Assembly (NCBI GenBank): GCA_964019425.1
Contig: OZ025799.1
Span: 310,001-374,000 of the forward strand
Source: Flectonema sp. DT1601
Lineage: Eukaryota
Length of the DNA stretch: 64,000 nucleotides
Reading direction: 5' to 3'
Positions 45,401 to 57,326 of this stretch are shown here, piece after piece. Both the position numbers and the translations under genes were made by a program. Under the pieces are notes generated by a model. It was given only the letters and a program-made list of their open reading frames with translations. It was not told the DNA's origin and did no database searches. How positions within the stretch are numbered: the first letter of the stretch is position 1; every line of letters starts with the position of its first letter.

Positions 45401-48400
45401 TCTCGTTGGTTGGTAGATTCGGAGAAGAACACAACAAGAGCCCACCAAATGAACAACAACGTAGTAGTGTGAATAACGAAGAATGCATCGTGGACGATGT
45501 TAAATAAAACACCCCACTTTCTTGGTTCACGGAAGGTTTTCTTAAATGGAAAACGACCCGTTTCAGAAGCGTCAGTGTTACCATCAGGGAGTAACAGTTT
45601 TGGCTGCCTTCTTAAACCTCTTTCTTCAAGTGCGTATTCACACACTGGAGGACACCTGTGAGTACACTGATGAGGTACGTCGTAGTATGGAGTTAAAGCA
45701 CAACTCTCATTTATGTCATCAAACGTAAGAGGGGTTTCCATAAAGTGACGTCCATCGTTAAGAACATGAGTAGGAGGAAATCTTTGAAATTTCATAAAGT
45801 AATGAAGATTCCAACTTAACCAATGACCTGAAAAGACTGTCATATGTTCACCAAGTTGCCATAAGACAAACAATCCAAGAAGATCAGTAAGCCTCTCATC
45901 TGTTCTCTTTTTTAAGTTCTCATCAGCAACATCAAGGATTCCTCCAATAGCACGCTGTCCCTGACACCATCCATAAAACGAATGGAGATATCTTTGATGA
46001 AGTGTTTGTACGGCGTGATCAAATCCAGCGTCTGTTTCCTGATGGTGAGGACGAGTTCCCCATCTTCCTTGACAAAGCATTTCATCATAAATAAGGAATT
46101 GAAGTCTCTGAAGTTGCATAGTAACACATTGCCATCTATTGTAACACCAAGGATCAATCTCTGGTTGAGGTGTCAAGATGAATTCTCCAACTAAGTTGGG
46201 TTGGTCTTCTCCTTCGTAGATTTCTTGACAGCAGAAGTTGCCGAGATCGTTTCCAATAATTTGTTCGTCGTACATTATAACCTCACCTTCGTCATCATCG
46301 TAGGTGATTGACTTCCACTTTTCCCAGAGACCTACAAACTTTACCACGAGATTATCTGTTTCTTCTTGTCTAACATTCTCACCTTTTAGTGGTTCAGCAA
46401 CGAACTGAACAATGTAACGACAGCCGAGGAGTTCGCGACCGTTTTCGTCGGTGTCGGGGTAGCCGACGCATTCGAATTCGGTTGCCGTTCCAGTGATTTT
46501 AAACTTCTTCGCGGTATCGTATCCGGTGATGTCAAATCCTCCGTCACCTGAAGGGTTCGCTAAGAACTGCAATGAGATAACAATATCTTGTTCTTCGTCT
46601 TCACTCCATCTTGTGGTACCTTCCCACTCACCACTGAGAGGCGCTACTTTTGTCGCTGTTGAAAGACCAGGTTCACTCTGTAATGCAATTCTCTCAAAAG
46701 GTTTACTTGTATGAGGAAGAGTACATGTTCTTCTTACAATAATTCTGTGTAGCTTTCTAACGTCGGGTTGCAACCAGCGAGTTCCTGCCTGCGCTCCTCT
46801 GTTTTCTGCCTTCTCTCTGATCTTCTGACGCTGTCTACTTGCGCAGAAGAACAATATAATACCAACACCAACAACACAACTTGAAGCAATTATTATAAAC
46901 CATAACCAAAAGTCAGTTAGGAAAACAAACAAGCAGGATTTCTCAAAATGACTTGAATTCAGAGTCATGTTTGTCAACGCCTCCGCGACAATGAAGTAAG
47001 CTGACTTTGGTGCTATGCAGTGGCGGAACCAAATTTGATCTTGGCGAACGATACCTTGATGTTCCATGTTTAGTTCACCATCTTTGAAATAAATAATACG
47101 TCTACTACAGTCACTGTGTCTACCTGGTGATTTATCAGGACACTCTCTGTCGTTATCAGATGCTGATGCTCTCCAATACTGATCAGCCCATTCTGTGATT
47201 TGAACACCGCAAATTTCATGAATTGCGTGCATGTCATTGGAAGCCTTCGTCATGTTCCAAAGTAGAAGTGATCTGTTGTAATCATCTTGAGCTTCATTAA
47301 TAGAATTAAATGAATCAGTTAGAATATCAATATAAACAGGATGGGTTACCTGACCTAATAAGATATTCACATTCGTTTGATTCAACTCAGAAATTGACAA
47401 CTGAACTATCTCAACACCCTCAGTGTAGATGTCAACTGGAGCAGAACCACCTTGAATTAACTGAGCCATTGCAAATTCAGCCAAAGCAAGAGATATCGGT
47501 CTCCTTAATCTGTCTAACTTATCACGAATTCTTCTAAATTGTCTGAACAATGTTAAGAAATCATAACTTTGAGCGGCTTGCATGTTAGCGAAAGACTCAG
47601 ATTGCAGACTCCACATGATGATGTTGTCGTATTTTCCCAAGACTTCAATAGCATCTGTAAAAAGCTTTTCAGCAATGTGTCGTTGATCTAGAATCGCCGT
47701 ACCATCAGAATGGAATGCTAAAATAATATTTAATCCGAAGTCACCTGCCAGTTTAATAAAATCTCTCAAACCATAAGCAGATAACTGTGAATGCCACATC
47801 ACACGCAAAGTATTAAAACCTGCTTGTTTTATGAGAGGGAAATCTCTTTTGAATATAACGCTGTAGAATTCCTCATAAATATTTGATTCGCGGGGATTTC
47901 TTCCAGGGACAGCAGGACTGTACTCTATAGACTTTACGTAGTAGTTAAAACTGTCTCTGAACCAGAGTTGTTTACCCACGACTTGAAGTGGGATGTATCC
48001 AGGCCAATCAAATGGAAATAATTCTTTACATGTTGTATTAACGCCATCGTGAACGTCTATCCATGCCCATTCCAGTGGTGCTGTGAATGGTTGTTGAAGA
48101 AATGTGTCTGTTAATAAGTCATATCCACTTTCAATTAGATTTAGTACGTGAGTTCCATTAACGATTGCAGCAAGAGTTAGATCAAATGTACTTCCAACAT
48201 ATAATCCAGGGTCCGCTTGAACTGCTGCAGGTGTTGCAGTCAACGCTAAGACGTTCTTAATGTCAACTACTTCTTCTGCTGTAGCTTTTAGTTCCTCAAA
48301 AAGACCACTCAAATGATCACCAACAGGTGAGTAAGGTGCAAGAGTTTCCGCAACTGTAACATCAGTTGCAGTTCTGGCTAGTGTAGTTAGCCCAGCCCCA

Positions 48401-50190
48401 CCAACACCACCACCCTCAACCAACCAGTAAGTTTTTACAGCTTCTGTTTCAGCAGCCCACAAGTAAGCTGCAATGTCAGAAGCGTTTTTGTATCCTAGAA
48501 CGTCAGCTGCCTTTTCACAAGCAACCCAAGACAGCAGACTGTATGTTGAATTAATTAAAATCCTTCCTTCATCTCTCGTTACGATACCTCCAGTGTATGA
48601 TAAACTGGTGTACCAATCGTAGTTTCTCATTGGTGGGTAATATCTGGCCCCAAATGGAGCCATAATTGTTTGTAATGCTGATGCGGCAAACACCAGCATA
48701 GATTCTGGTATTCTCGGAGGACTCTCATTATCGCCGGGTGGAGTTGAGTACAGTTCAGCAAATGCGTACAATATTTGACCGTAGATCAGTTGATTGTCTT
48801 CGTAATTATCTTCTGGAGGCTCTGCTAGAAGTCTCCCTGGTTGAGATGCTACCATTCCAAACCAAGTAGTGTCATAAATAGAAAGAGCTCTGATCTTATC
48901 AAGTTGTTCATACAATCGAGTTCGTAAACGTGATCCCATCTGAACGGCATCAATCCTACGCGCCTTTCTGTATGCTATAGCGAGAGCATATAGCTCCTCA
49001 GCTTTTGGTACAATTGTTGAATTATATCCAGTCGAGTTATCCGAGTCTGCCCTTACTTCACCCAACAGGAATGTTTCATCCTCCAATAAGGTTTTGTGAG
49101 TCCAGTATTTCTCGCAAAGTAATAGTTCGTTAGCATTCCTGTCAAAAGGATCTCTTAAAAGGGGTTGAGACATTTCCCAGTATGTTGCAGCTGGTGCAGC
49201 TATTAAGTCTCCGTAAACTGTTTTATAAACTAACGCATCTGGGTTTGCAACCCATCCATTAACCCAAGACTTTCTGTGATGAGGTGCTGTCAGCATCAGT
49301 GGAAGGCAACCAGCAGGTGCCGTCCGAATTGGTGTCCAAGAAAAGTTAGTAAGAGTCATATTATCGTCACGTTCAACTATTGCACGAACTGTACCTGAAA
49401 AGACAGCACAAGCTGCATTATCTGCTAATGTTCTTGAATGTTCTAATTGATCTGATGGTATGTATGACAGTTGTACAAATCCTGCTGGATTCTCTAACAG
49501 AGTGATTCGATGACGATCTACCTTAACTCGAGTAATCCTAGGAAATGTAATTAACCATCTCTTTCCATCAATCAAAGCAATGTTCAATAAACTCGCGCGT
49601 AGTTCTGGAACTGGTGCACTGATTTGAGTTCTGGCTATGGTATCGATGTCGGTAGTGAATTCGAATTCTATGTTTGTATTCGTTCCAAGTGGAATGAAGT
49701 TCGCATAAGGTGAACCTCTTGTGAATACTGAAAAAAGAGACTCCTGAGGACTAGTACGATCAGTACGATCTGTTCTTACTGAGACTTGGAAAGAGTCCCA
49801 GGCATCAACGCGAGTATTACAGACACCATCTGCTACTACTTCATCAATCTTAACAGTGATTTCAGGGGTAAAGGGCGTCGATATTTTTCTGCTCACCTGC
49901 TCAGATGTTATCGTAGGCGAAGCGATTTGAACTCCGCAAGGAACTCTCCTCACTAACAGCGGCAATGCATTCACAGCGGCCGTTTCAGTCACGGTTGGGT
50001 CAGCAAGATCCGTCCACCATTGTGATGTTGGTATCGGTAGTTGAACCCCTCCGGTAATGATATTACTACTAAATCCACTAGTATTCCACGTGCTATTTAC
50101 TGTACTCGACGGAAGCGGAGGCGACGGCGCCGCGTAGAACGGGAAATCGAACTGCCCGATAGCTGCCATCAGCAGCACGAGGCCGGCCAT
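33443..50190 (-). CDS. Giant multidomain beta-1,3-glucan (paramylon/callose-type) synthase: SP-GH81-like-(GH-A barrel)-TM-GT48-EF-hand-18x W/P repeats-UBL/PB1-like-PDZ; 4 exons 50190-35378, 35264-34955, 34877-34776, 34702-33443 (~5494 aa)
   Basis: GT48 motifs: PVYSE, DEWLNF, WASYRMQTVARTVRG, GKAVNQ, QTVDCNQDGYFEE, RMHYGHPD, NLNEDIYAG, GKGRE, KLGMGAAMQFRSRD. GH81-like and GH-A-like N-terminal segments. Three GT-AG introns (113, 77, 73 nt) join the 4957-, 101- and 394-aa ORFs in one frame. Confidence 0.9.
35380..40150 (-). repeat. Intragenic array of 18 diverged ~80-90 aa Trp/Pro-rich protein repeats
   Basis: Consensus approx. L.xEWL.LA...x(12-16)..L.PAEWL.IA.xG..PP.EWL....G.WP...P.GYP...PWPPP. 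I counted 18 WPPP-like unit ends. Confidence 0.9.
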
Positions 50191-50520
50191 GACAAATATA
50201 AATACCCTAGCTGGGTACCTTTCTACCCTGACCTGTGAAAATGGTGGAAATAAATTTCATTCAAGTTTCAAAAATACAACGTATACGATATGAACACTAA
50301 CCTGTTGGCTTAATAGAATTTTTGTGAACCCTGTGATAATAAAGTAAGTCGTGTAAAAGAATAATTTTTAAACTCATACGCCATTCCATCTAATCTAAAT
50401 AAATAAAAATACATAAAAATATTTTGTACAGTCGTACTACACGAAAGTTACAGGCTTGCTAAACGTTAACTAAGAAAGAGTAGCAGGAATTTGCTGCAGT
50501 GAATGTGTTTGAGTCGTCAG

Positions 50521-53072
50521 CTAAACAACTCTCGGAGAAGGTGATCCAAAATGGTCACCAACAGCAACATAATCATCATTACCTAGAATGTCTTTAAGTC
50601 GATCCCAGTAGGGACCTGGGCTTGAAGAAGCAATACTAACACCACGAAAAGGACTTCTAATTTTATCATGAGGAGGGGGATTCGATTCCATCGATTGTAA
50701 TTGTCTTCGTAGACCTTCGATATGATGTGCCTTTCTAGAATTAAGTGGAACCTGTTGATGAGCTGTATGAACATGATTAGGAACTGGTATCGGTAATGGT
50801 GTCCCAAGAGTATTTCTTTGTGTTGGTGGTAGTCCCATATTATGAGTCAAGTTAGACGGCCAAGCTGGAGATGGAGAAGAAGTAATATTCGGAATTCTAT
50901 TCATCTGGTTTACAATACCAGCCATTTCTTCAGCAGCGGTCGGTAGTCCAGTCGTAGCTGGGATGGTACCGATGTTTGTCTCAGCAGCACCTTGTAATGA
51001 CATCAGTTTATCAAACTGTTCTTTTATTATTTCAATTTGTTCTTTTTGTTTCTGCTCAAGTTCTAGATTATTCTGAACTTCAGCGAGTTGTTGATGAGCT
51101 TTTTGCTGGACATCACTACGATCGTGAATCATAGCCATTTGAGCGTCATGTCCTTGTTGAATATCAGTGAGGTAATTCGTATGACGTCTCTTCTGTTCTA
51201 ATATCACTGACTGCTGTTCCGTATGAAGAGAGTCTAAGTAGTGTTTTAAAGCATTCACTTGTTGGTGTTGAACAGTTGAAGGTCCAGTCCCATCAGGCAT
51301 TCCAAAGGAAGGATGATTTCTTCTCGATGGACTTTCTAAACTGCTATTCAATTGGTTTGTGTTGATAGCAATCCTTTCTTTTACAGTTGTTAGTTGTCCA
51401 AGTTCGTCCTTTAAACTTTTCATCTCACTTTGTAATCGAGCAATATTCTGAGCCTGTCTTGACCTTTCAGCTTCTCTCAGCATTGCCTGAAGTTGATTTT
51501 CTTGATCTTGTAGACCTCGTATGACTTTATTATTATTAATTACAGGTTCACTTTCAGCCATGCTCTGTGGTGTTGGATGACGATGGGGTTGCTGAGGGTG
51601 ATGATGCTGTGGTGGTGGTTGCGGAGCAGGAATTCGAACTCGACTCTTCCTAACAGGAGACTCTCGTCTATCATTTACTGTTATTGGATCATTAAAGTGA
51701 ACACGAGACCCAATAGGTTCTCCATGAGGTGGAGGTGGAGGAGGCGGAGCAATCTCAGGAAATCTAATCGCAGCTGCCTGAGGTGCTGGGTGTCTCATCG
51801 GAGCAATAGTAGGATCTTGAGGAACATCTGAATCCCACGGTGCTATTTGACCTGGTTCAGAACCCTCAAACATTAGTGATGGGTCAGTCTTGTTTCTACT
51901 CCAACCAAGATTCTTGTATGAAAAATCAAAACTGTGCACAGACAGCAGATCGTTACAAACATAAAAACGTCCATTGTGAACAGTGCAAAGTAGTCGTTTT
52001 GATGGCCAATAAGGAACACAAAATTCCATTTTAGCCCAAACACCAGTTGCGATGTTCCACAACCAGCAATCGTTGATGTTGATTGCTCTTCCAGTGGAAT
52101 CGAAGGTCATTCCACCAAAGACTAGCATTTCATTGCCGTATGCGACAGCAACGTGCATAGCTCGTGGAACGGGTGTGGGTACACTCCTATTTGGTGTCGA
52201 TGACCTCCAAGAATATGTACTCAGATCAAGTATGTACACCTGTTCACTCATACTACAAGATGGTGGATCACCTGGTTGGATCTGAACTACTCCTTCACTT
52301 TCTGTTTGACTTACATCAAACCCACCATATATTAATATATATTCGTGATTGAATGTTACTGCAGAATGTCCCCACAGCTTCGGAGAAATTTCATCAAAAC
52401 GCTCAATCTTACTCCAAGTTCGACTCCCTATGTCGAGCATAAAAATATCATAAAATCCCCCAACTATTGATTCTTTCAAATCGCTGTTTGTTATTTGGTG
52501 ATCAGGTCCATTAGTAAGATCTTGACCACCCAATATGATCATTGAAGTCTTAGCAATTGAAGCAGTGTGATGAGATCTAAGACCAGGATTAGTACCAAAT
52601 GTTTGAACTCTCATCCAATCTAACGTTTCAATGTCAAGTTCATAATAAGGACAAGAATCAATTTCTGCTGTTTCCCCAGATAACACCCCTCCGTATATAA
52701 GCTGTTTTTTTGTGATATTATGTCAGTCTATGATGAGAAATAAGTGTTTTAATGTGACATACCATGTGACCTGCATACGTCACAGCAGAATGATATGTTC
52801 TAGGAAGAGGAATATGACCGGTGCATTGAACTGGAGTCCATCGATAGTCTCCAAGGTGAAGAGCCCATATCTTGTCAGCAATTGGACCACCGTGTGTGTA
52901 CATTGTATCCTGTGTTTGTTTGTTTAATTCATTGTATCCTTGTACTTATTGTCATTATAAATAAATAGCATACTCCATCAAGGACACACGCTACGCCATC
53001 ACTTTTAGCAGTAAACCCACAAGCATCACTACCATTTCCCAACTTCACCATTGACTCAAATAGTGCCGACAT
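50521..53072 (-). CDS. Kelch-repeat protein with Pro-rich/coiled-coil tail, 3 exons: 53072-52974, 52909-52763, 52701-50521
   Basis: Kelch motifs PRTYHSA, LIYGG, RSHHTA, ILGG, LWGHSA and PRAMHVA..LVFGG. Two GT-AG introns (64, 61 nt) join the upstream mini-ORFs in frame. Confidence 0.85.
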
Positions 53073-53357
53073 GGTTTTGCTATACTTTTTCCTTTTAAAA
53101 AAAATAAATATGAAAACATGTCGTGAGATCAACGCAAGGGAACTACATTTATATATTTACTGTAAGAGTCTGTAAGAACATGGATTTATTTCAGTCAGAC
53201 ACATAATGAGATCAGATAACCACATAGTCAAAACAGATCAGAATAGGAATGTGAGTGTATAAAGACGTTGTAGAAACAACGACAAAAAAAGAAAATAAGC
53301 TAATATCACCGTCAATGCAGTTTGTTAGCTAATTTTAAAAAAAAAAAAAAACAGCTT

Positions 53358-54623
53358 CTAACTCGAAGCCTTCGGCTGACAAAGTCTTTCCGACATTTGT
53401 TTTGCCGCAGCGATTGATATTTTCTTCGTCATCGCCTTGGGAGAGCTGTAAGTACATGAGAGTTTTCTTAGCTTTTGATTCTTTTTGTCAATGGCGGTAG
53501 TGTAGAGCTGTTTTATTTATTGTTACTCACTAAGAACATACAACTCATCCACACAAGGTAACAGTGAGATGATCAATCAGAGAGAGGCTCAAAAAGGTGA
53601 TGAGGAAGTACATACACTTTGGAGTCGGATGTTAAGCTGTTCTGGAGTCAGTTTTCTTTCAGGAATGTGTTTTCCGTAAATCCGCTGTTGCGCTTGTTTG
53701 CGGCGGCGTTGGTTTTCATTAGCATCAGAGTACAGTCGTAAAACGGTTTCAGAAATTTCTTGCGATGGAAGAGTACAAGGACGATCGAATAAAGGTTCAT
53801 ATTTAGAGTCTAGTTCAGCTTCAAGTTGAGCTTTACGTTGAAGAGGTTGCTCAAAAAGTCTTTCGATTGATTGTTCTTGTTCAGCAGTTCTGTTGAGGTT
53901 TCTCGACGGGTGAACCAAACGTTTCAAAACGCGTTCATTCTCGCGTAGTTCTTCCTCTGCTCTTTTTTGATTTTTATCAGTTGCATGCTTCCAGAGACGT
54001 TCAACAGTAAGGTCTCTCTGATCTTGAGCAAGACTTTTAAACAGATCGAGTGACTTGCCGAGTGATGCGCCTTGGTTGTCTTCTTTTCGTTGCTGACTAA
54101 TATGCATCGTGTGAAGTTTTTTTTTTAATACCTTTAATCGATCAGCTTTATTGAGATTTTCGGAACCTGCTTCAAACTGTTGAATTCTCTGTTCTCTTGT
54201 TATGACTTTAGCAGCGCTAACTTTGAGTGATACGCCAGGGAAAACTGTCCAAACTCGACATCTTGGATTTTTATGAGAGATGAATTGGTTCCAAGTCTTC
54301 TCACATAAAGCGACTTGTGATGTATAATATGGTTGTATTCTTGATCTCTTAAGTAAAGATTCTAAGTTCAACTGTGTCTTTGAACCACCATCCCCATTGC
54401 CTACCGTGTTATTATTTTTATGATTAGCACTCCATTCCGAACTTTCTGCACTTGCAACGTACCCAGGAGTGTCAATTCTTTTTTTGAATGAAAGTTGTAA
54501 TCGTTGGTCAAAAAACGACTCTACTCTATCTTTGAATTCGTGGAATGTAGTATTGGGTGGGACATCCAGCACGTGTTTAAACACACACCCGCTATCACTT
54601 AATATCGCGGTTACCCCGGGCAT
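53358..54623 (-). CDS. Hypothetical helical-repeat protein, 2 exons: 54623-53616, 53507-53358
   Basis: Recurrent 'ERL(W/F/Y)' helical motifs. A GTATGT...AAAACAG intron (53508-53615) adds an exon (LYTTAIDKK...SERLCQPKASS*) that continues the motif. Confidence 0.7.
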
Positions 54624-55164
54624 TACTTGATGGGGGTGCTGAGAAACAAAAAATAAAAATACGTCTTTGAAACAATCGTAATCAGTAAACAGATGTTGTT
54701 CTACTTATGCTTTTACAGCTCACGCAATGAAATAAAATACATCCTCTCCTGACCCTCCCTTCGGAGGGGTTGGGAAACTTGTTGTGTAGTCAACTGAGAA
54801 GAGCGATAACTTTAAAAAGAAAAGTTTTTTTTTAAAAAAAAAAAATGAAAACCAAACCGCCAAGTGATGTGCACAATGAAAAAACTGTCGTTATATTGTC
54901 ACATCCGCTCACCCAAAGCCAAAAACAGGTGAGGGGAGGAGGAAGGAAAAAAAAAAAAAAAAAAAACTAATTATTTTAATAAATAACAAAAATATCACAC
55001 AACGTGTCGATGTTACAGACGTGTCGATGTTACACGGAAAATAATACACACTTCTCTCGGATACAGATCACGAACATTGTGAGGACATAACCCTATTTAC
55101 TACAAAACTACCAGTTATTTCAGTAGCTAGTGGCTGATTAACTGTTGTAATGTAACAAATAGAA

Positions 55165-55199
<35 letters not shown>

Positions 55200-55342
55200 A
55201 ATCTCAGTCTCATTGCAACGTAGTTGTTGTCTGTTTTTTTTATTTTGTTTTGTTTTTCCTCCTTCATCCCATTCTTTCTTTCCCTTTTTTTTTTTTTTTT
55301 TTGAATTATATTCAAAAAGATGTGCCGTGTCCTGTCTCAGTA

Positions 55343-56104
55343 TTATAATTTGCTTCCAGGCAATCTAGGCGGCCTTGTGTTTCTAGTGATGTGATCAACT
55401 CCTCCTATCCAGATGAAAGTTGTTTTCTTAGCAGAGACATGGGCAAATGTCGTCGCTGTGTTTTGAGTATTGAAATGTACCGTTGCTGTGGCACCAGAAA
55501 GCTCCTTAAAGATTAGAGACAACAAGGCCTGATGGCACATAATAACAAGTAGCCTATCCCCAACTTCCTTACGCAGAGAGTCGGATGTCAACCACTTTAC
55601 AACTTCTACTGAGCGTTTAACGGCTTCAGGGTTAGTTTCGAAGGGCTTTGAGCGTTTGTACCACATACCAGTTTGTGGTAGTAATGAAGTATCGTAACCA
55701 AAGTCATTGGTAATTTCTGCAGCAGTGCGAGTCTTCCCCTCAAAGTGTTCTCCATTTTTTGATGAGAATACTCCTCCAGTTTCGTAAAGCTCAGGATGGA
55801 CTTTAACTTCAATCTTACCACCGCGTAGTTTCTTTACTAGTGGTTCTGCTGTTCTGCAGGTTCGCTCCATTCCAGACGTGTAAAGCAAAACATCCTCACC
55901 CTGTAATGCTTCTCCGTAGTAGTCACCCAGCATTCTTGCTTCCATCTTTCCTCTCTCAGTTAACCCTGCGTCGGATGTCCTTTCAGATAGCCACACGCCC
56001 CAGGCATCTTCACCTTTTAACACTCCTCTCTTAATTCGATCTTCAACGCTTGCTTGCACTGCATTGTTTGTTGACTGTGCGTGTCGTATAAACAGCACTT
56101 TCAT
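55343..56104 (-). CDS. Histidine phosphatase (phosphoglycerate-mutase superfamily) with peroxisomal/glycosomal PTS1 (-SKL)
   Basis: FIRHAQS, DAGLTERG, YTSGMERTCRTA, LYETGG, IMCHQ and NTA motifs. Ends in GSKL. Confidence 0.88.
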   Translation of the reverse strand: MKVLFIRHAQSTNNAVQASVEDRIKRGVLKGEDAWGVWLSERTSDAGLTERGKMEARMLGDYYGEALQGEDVLLYTSGMERTCRTAEPLVKKLRGGKIEVKVHPELYETGGVFSSKNGEHFEGKTRTAAEITNDFGYDTSLLPQTGMWYKRSKPFETNPEAVKRSVEVVKWLTSDSLRKEVGDRLLVIMCHQALLSLIFKELSGATATVHFNTQNTATTFAHVSAKKTTFIWIGGVDHITRNTRPPRLPGSKL

Positions 56105-56380
56105 TGTGGCTGAGGATAAGAATATAATAATTTGATACTAAAAAGCAACAGAAAACAAACAATTCGATTAAACTTCTCGCTGACAATATTTGTTCGCTGG
56201 TAAAAATGAAAACAAATCAAAGATAATCACTCCGACTAAAGACAAATTATTTGATAACAACTACCCCGTCTATTGTGGTAAGTGATCACATCATAATACT
56301 GTTCTTAAACTACAGTGAGGAGTAGGTTTCTTTGTTACTAAAGCTACCAGTCATTTTTACAATAATTCCGAATAAAGAGA

Positions 56381-57109
56381 TTAAATGCCACGTCTCATTC
56401 TCTCATCAGAAGGCATTCTCAAGCTGCCATCATCTGCTGAGTAGCGGTCAGTGACACTCGTTCCGTAGGCAGATTGATCTCTCTCAAGATTTGATATGGA
56501 ATCTTTTATATTTTTATTTGTTTCTTCTAAAATTGATTTTTCGAGATCATCACTACTACAATCCTCAGCGTACATTACTTCTGACTGCGGGGTGGAGTCG
56601 AGTGTGGAAATCCGACTACCTGTTGCGGTTTTTTCAGCAAAAACGAAGTCTTTTCGATCCATACGACGTTCTGATGTTTGTAGTGAGTCTCCATACTTTA
56701 CATATTTACCATCACGAAGACCATCTTCTACATCTTCACCACTCGCAGTTACAAGACGATGAGGAGGTACAGATGCTTTATGATATTGTTGAACTTCTTC
56801 GTTGTGGAGAACTGCCCAACGAGTTCCGTGATTGCCATCTTTTCCAAAGGATGTTACGTTAAATCCTCTTTTTGCACAGTAATTTATTAACTGAAAAAAT
56901 GTCACGGAATAGCTACCAACCTCTGATATGTATGTCAGTCCTTCTTCAGCTACGCAGTCTCTGTGAATGACGTCAATCACCCATTCGGGATCAGTTTTGT
57001 AACGAAAATTTTGTCCAAATTCTTTCAATTCAAAATAAGCTGGTAAATGAAGCGAAGGTACTACTTTAGGATCGACCTGTTGAAGAAGTCGAGTAGCCGC
57101 TCTAAACAT
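56381..57109 (-). CDS. Hypothetical protein with probable mitochondrial presequence
   Basis: 242-aa ATG ORF starting MFRAATRLLQQ, preceded by CTCCTCTGCAG. Confidence 0.7.
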   Translation of the reverse strand: MFRAATRLLQQVDPKVVPSLHLPAYFELKEFGQNFRYKTDPEWVIDVIHRDCVAEEGLTYISEVGSYSVTFFQLINYCAKRGFNVTSFGKDGNHGTRWAVLHNEEVQQYHKASVPPHRLVTASGEDVEDGLRDGKYVKYGDSLQTSERRMDRKDFVFAEKTATGSRISTLDSTPQSEVMYAEDCSSDDLEKSILEETNKNIKDSISNLERDQSAYGTSVTDRYSADDGSLRMPSDERMRRGI

Positions 57110-57326
57110 TTAAATTAATACCCTGCAGAGGAGAAGAATCATAAGCCACGAAGATTACCCAAAATAATTCTGGTTGGGTCCCCGAATGCGGAACTCTTTA
57201 GAAAGAATCTGAATCGATAAAATAACAACACTTCTTTTTATTATAAAGTGTTTTTTTTTTTTTTTTTTTTTTTTAAAAACTATTACCTTCAACGAAGTAC
57301 GTTTACCTCATGGGAAAATAAATAAA

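Noticed and set aside
35462..47537. Numerous plus-strand ORFs inside the giant gene
   Set aside because: Antisense shadows of a long coding frame; no recognisable motifs.
55002..55034. Two-copy duplication ACGTGTCGATGTTACA
   Set aside because: Simple local tandem duplication with no element ends or other copies seen.
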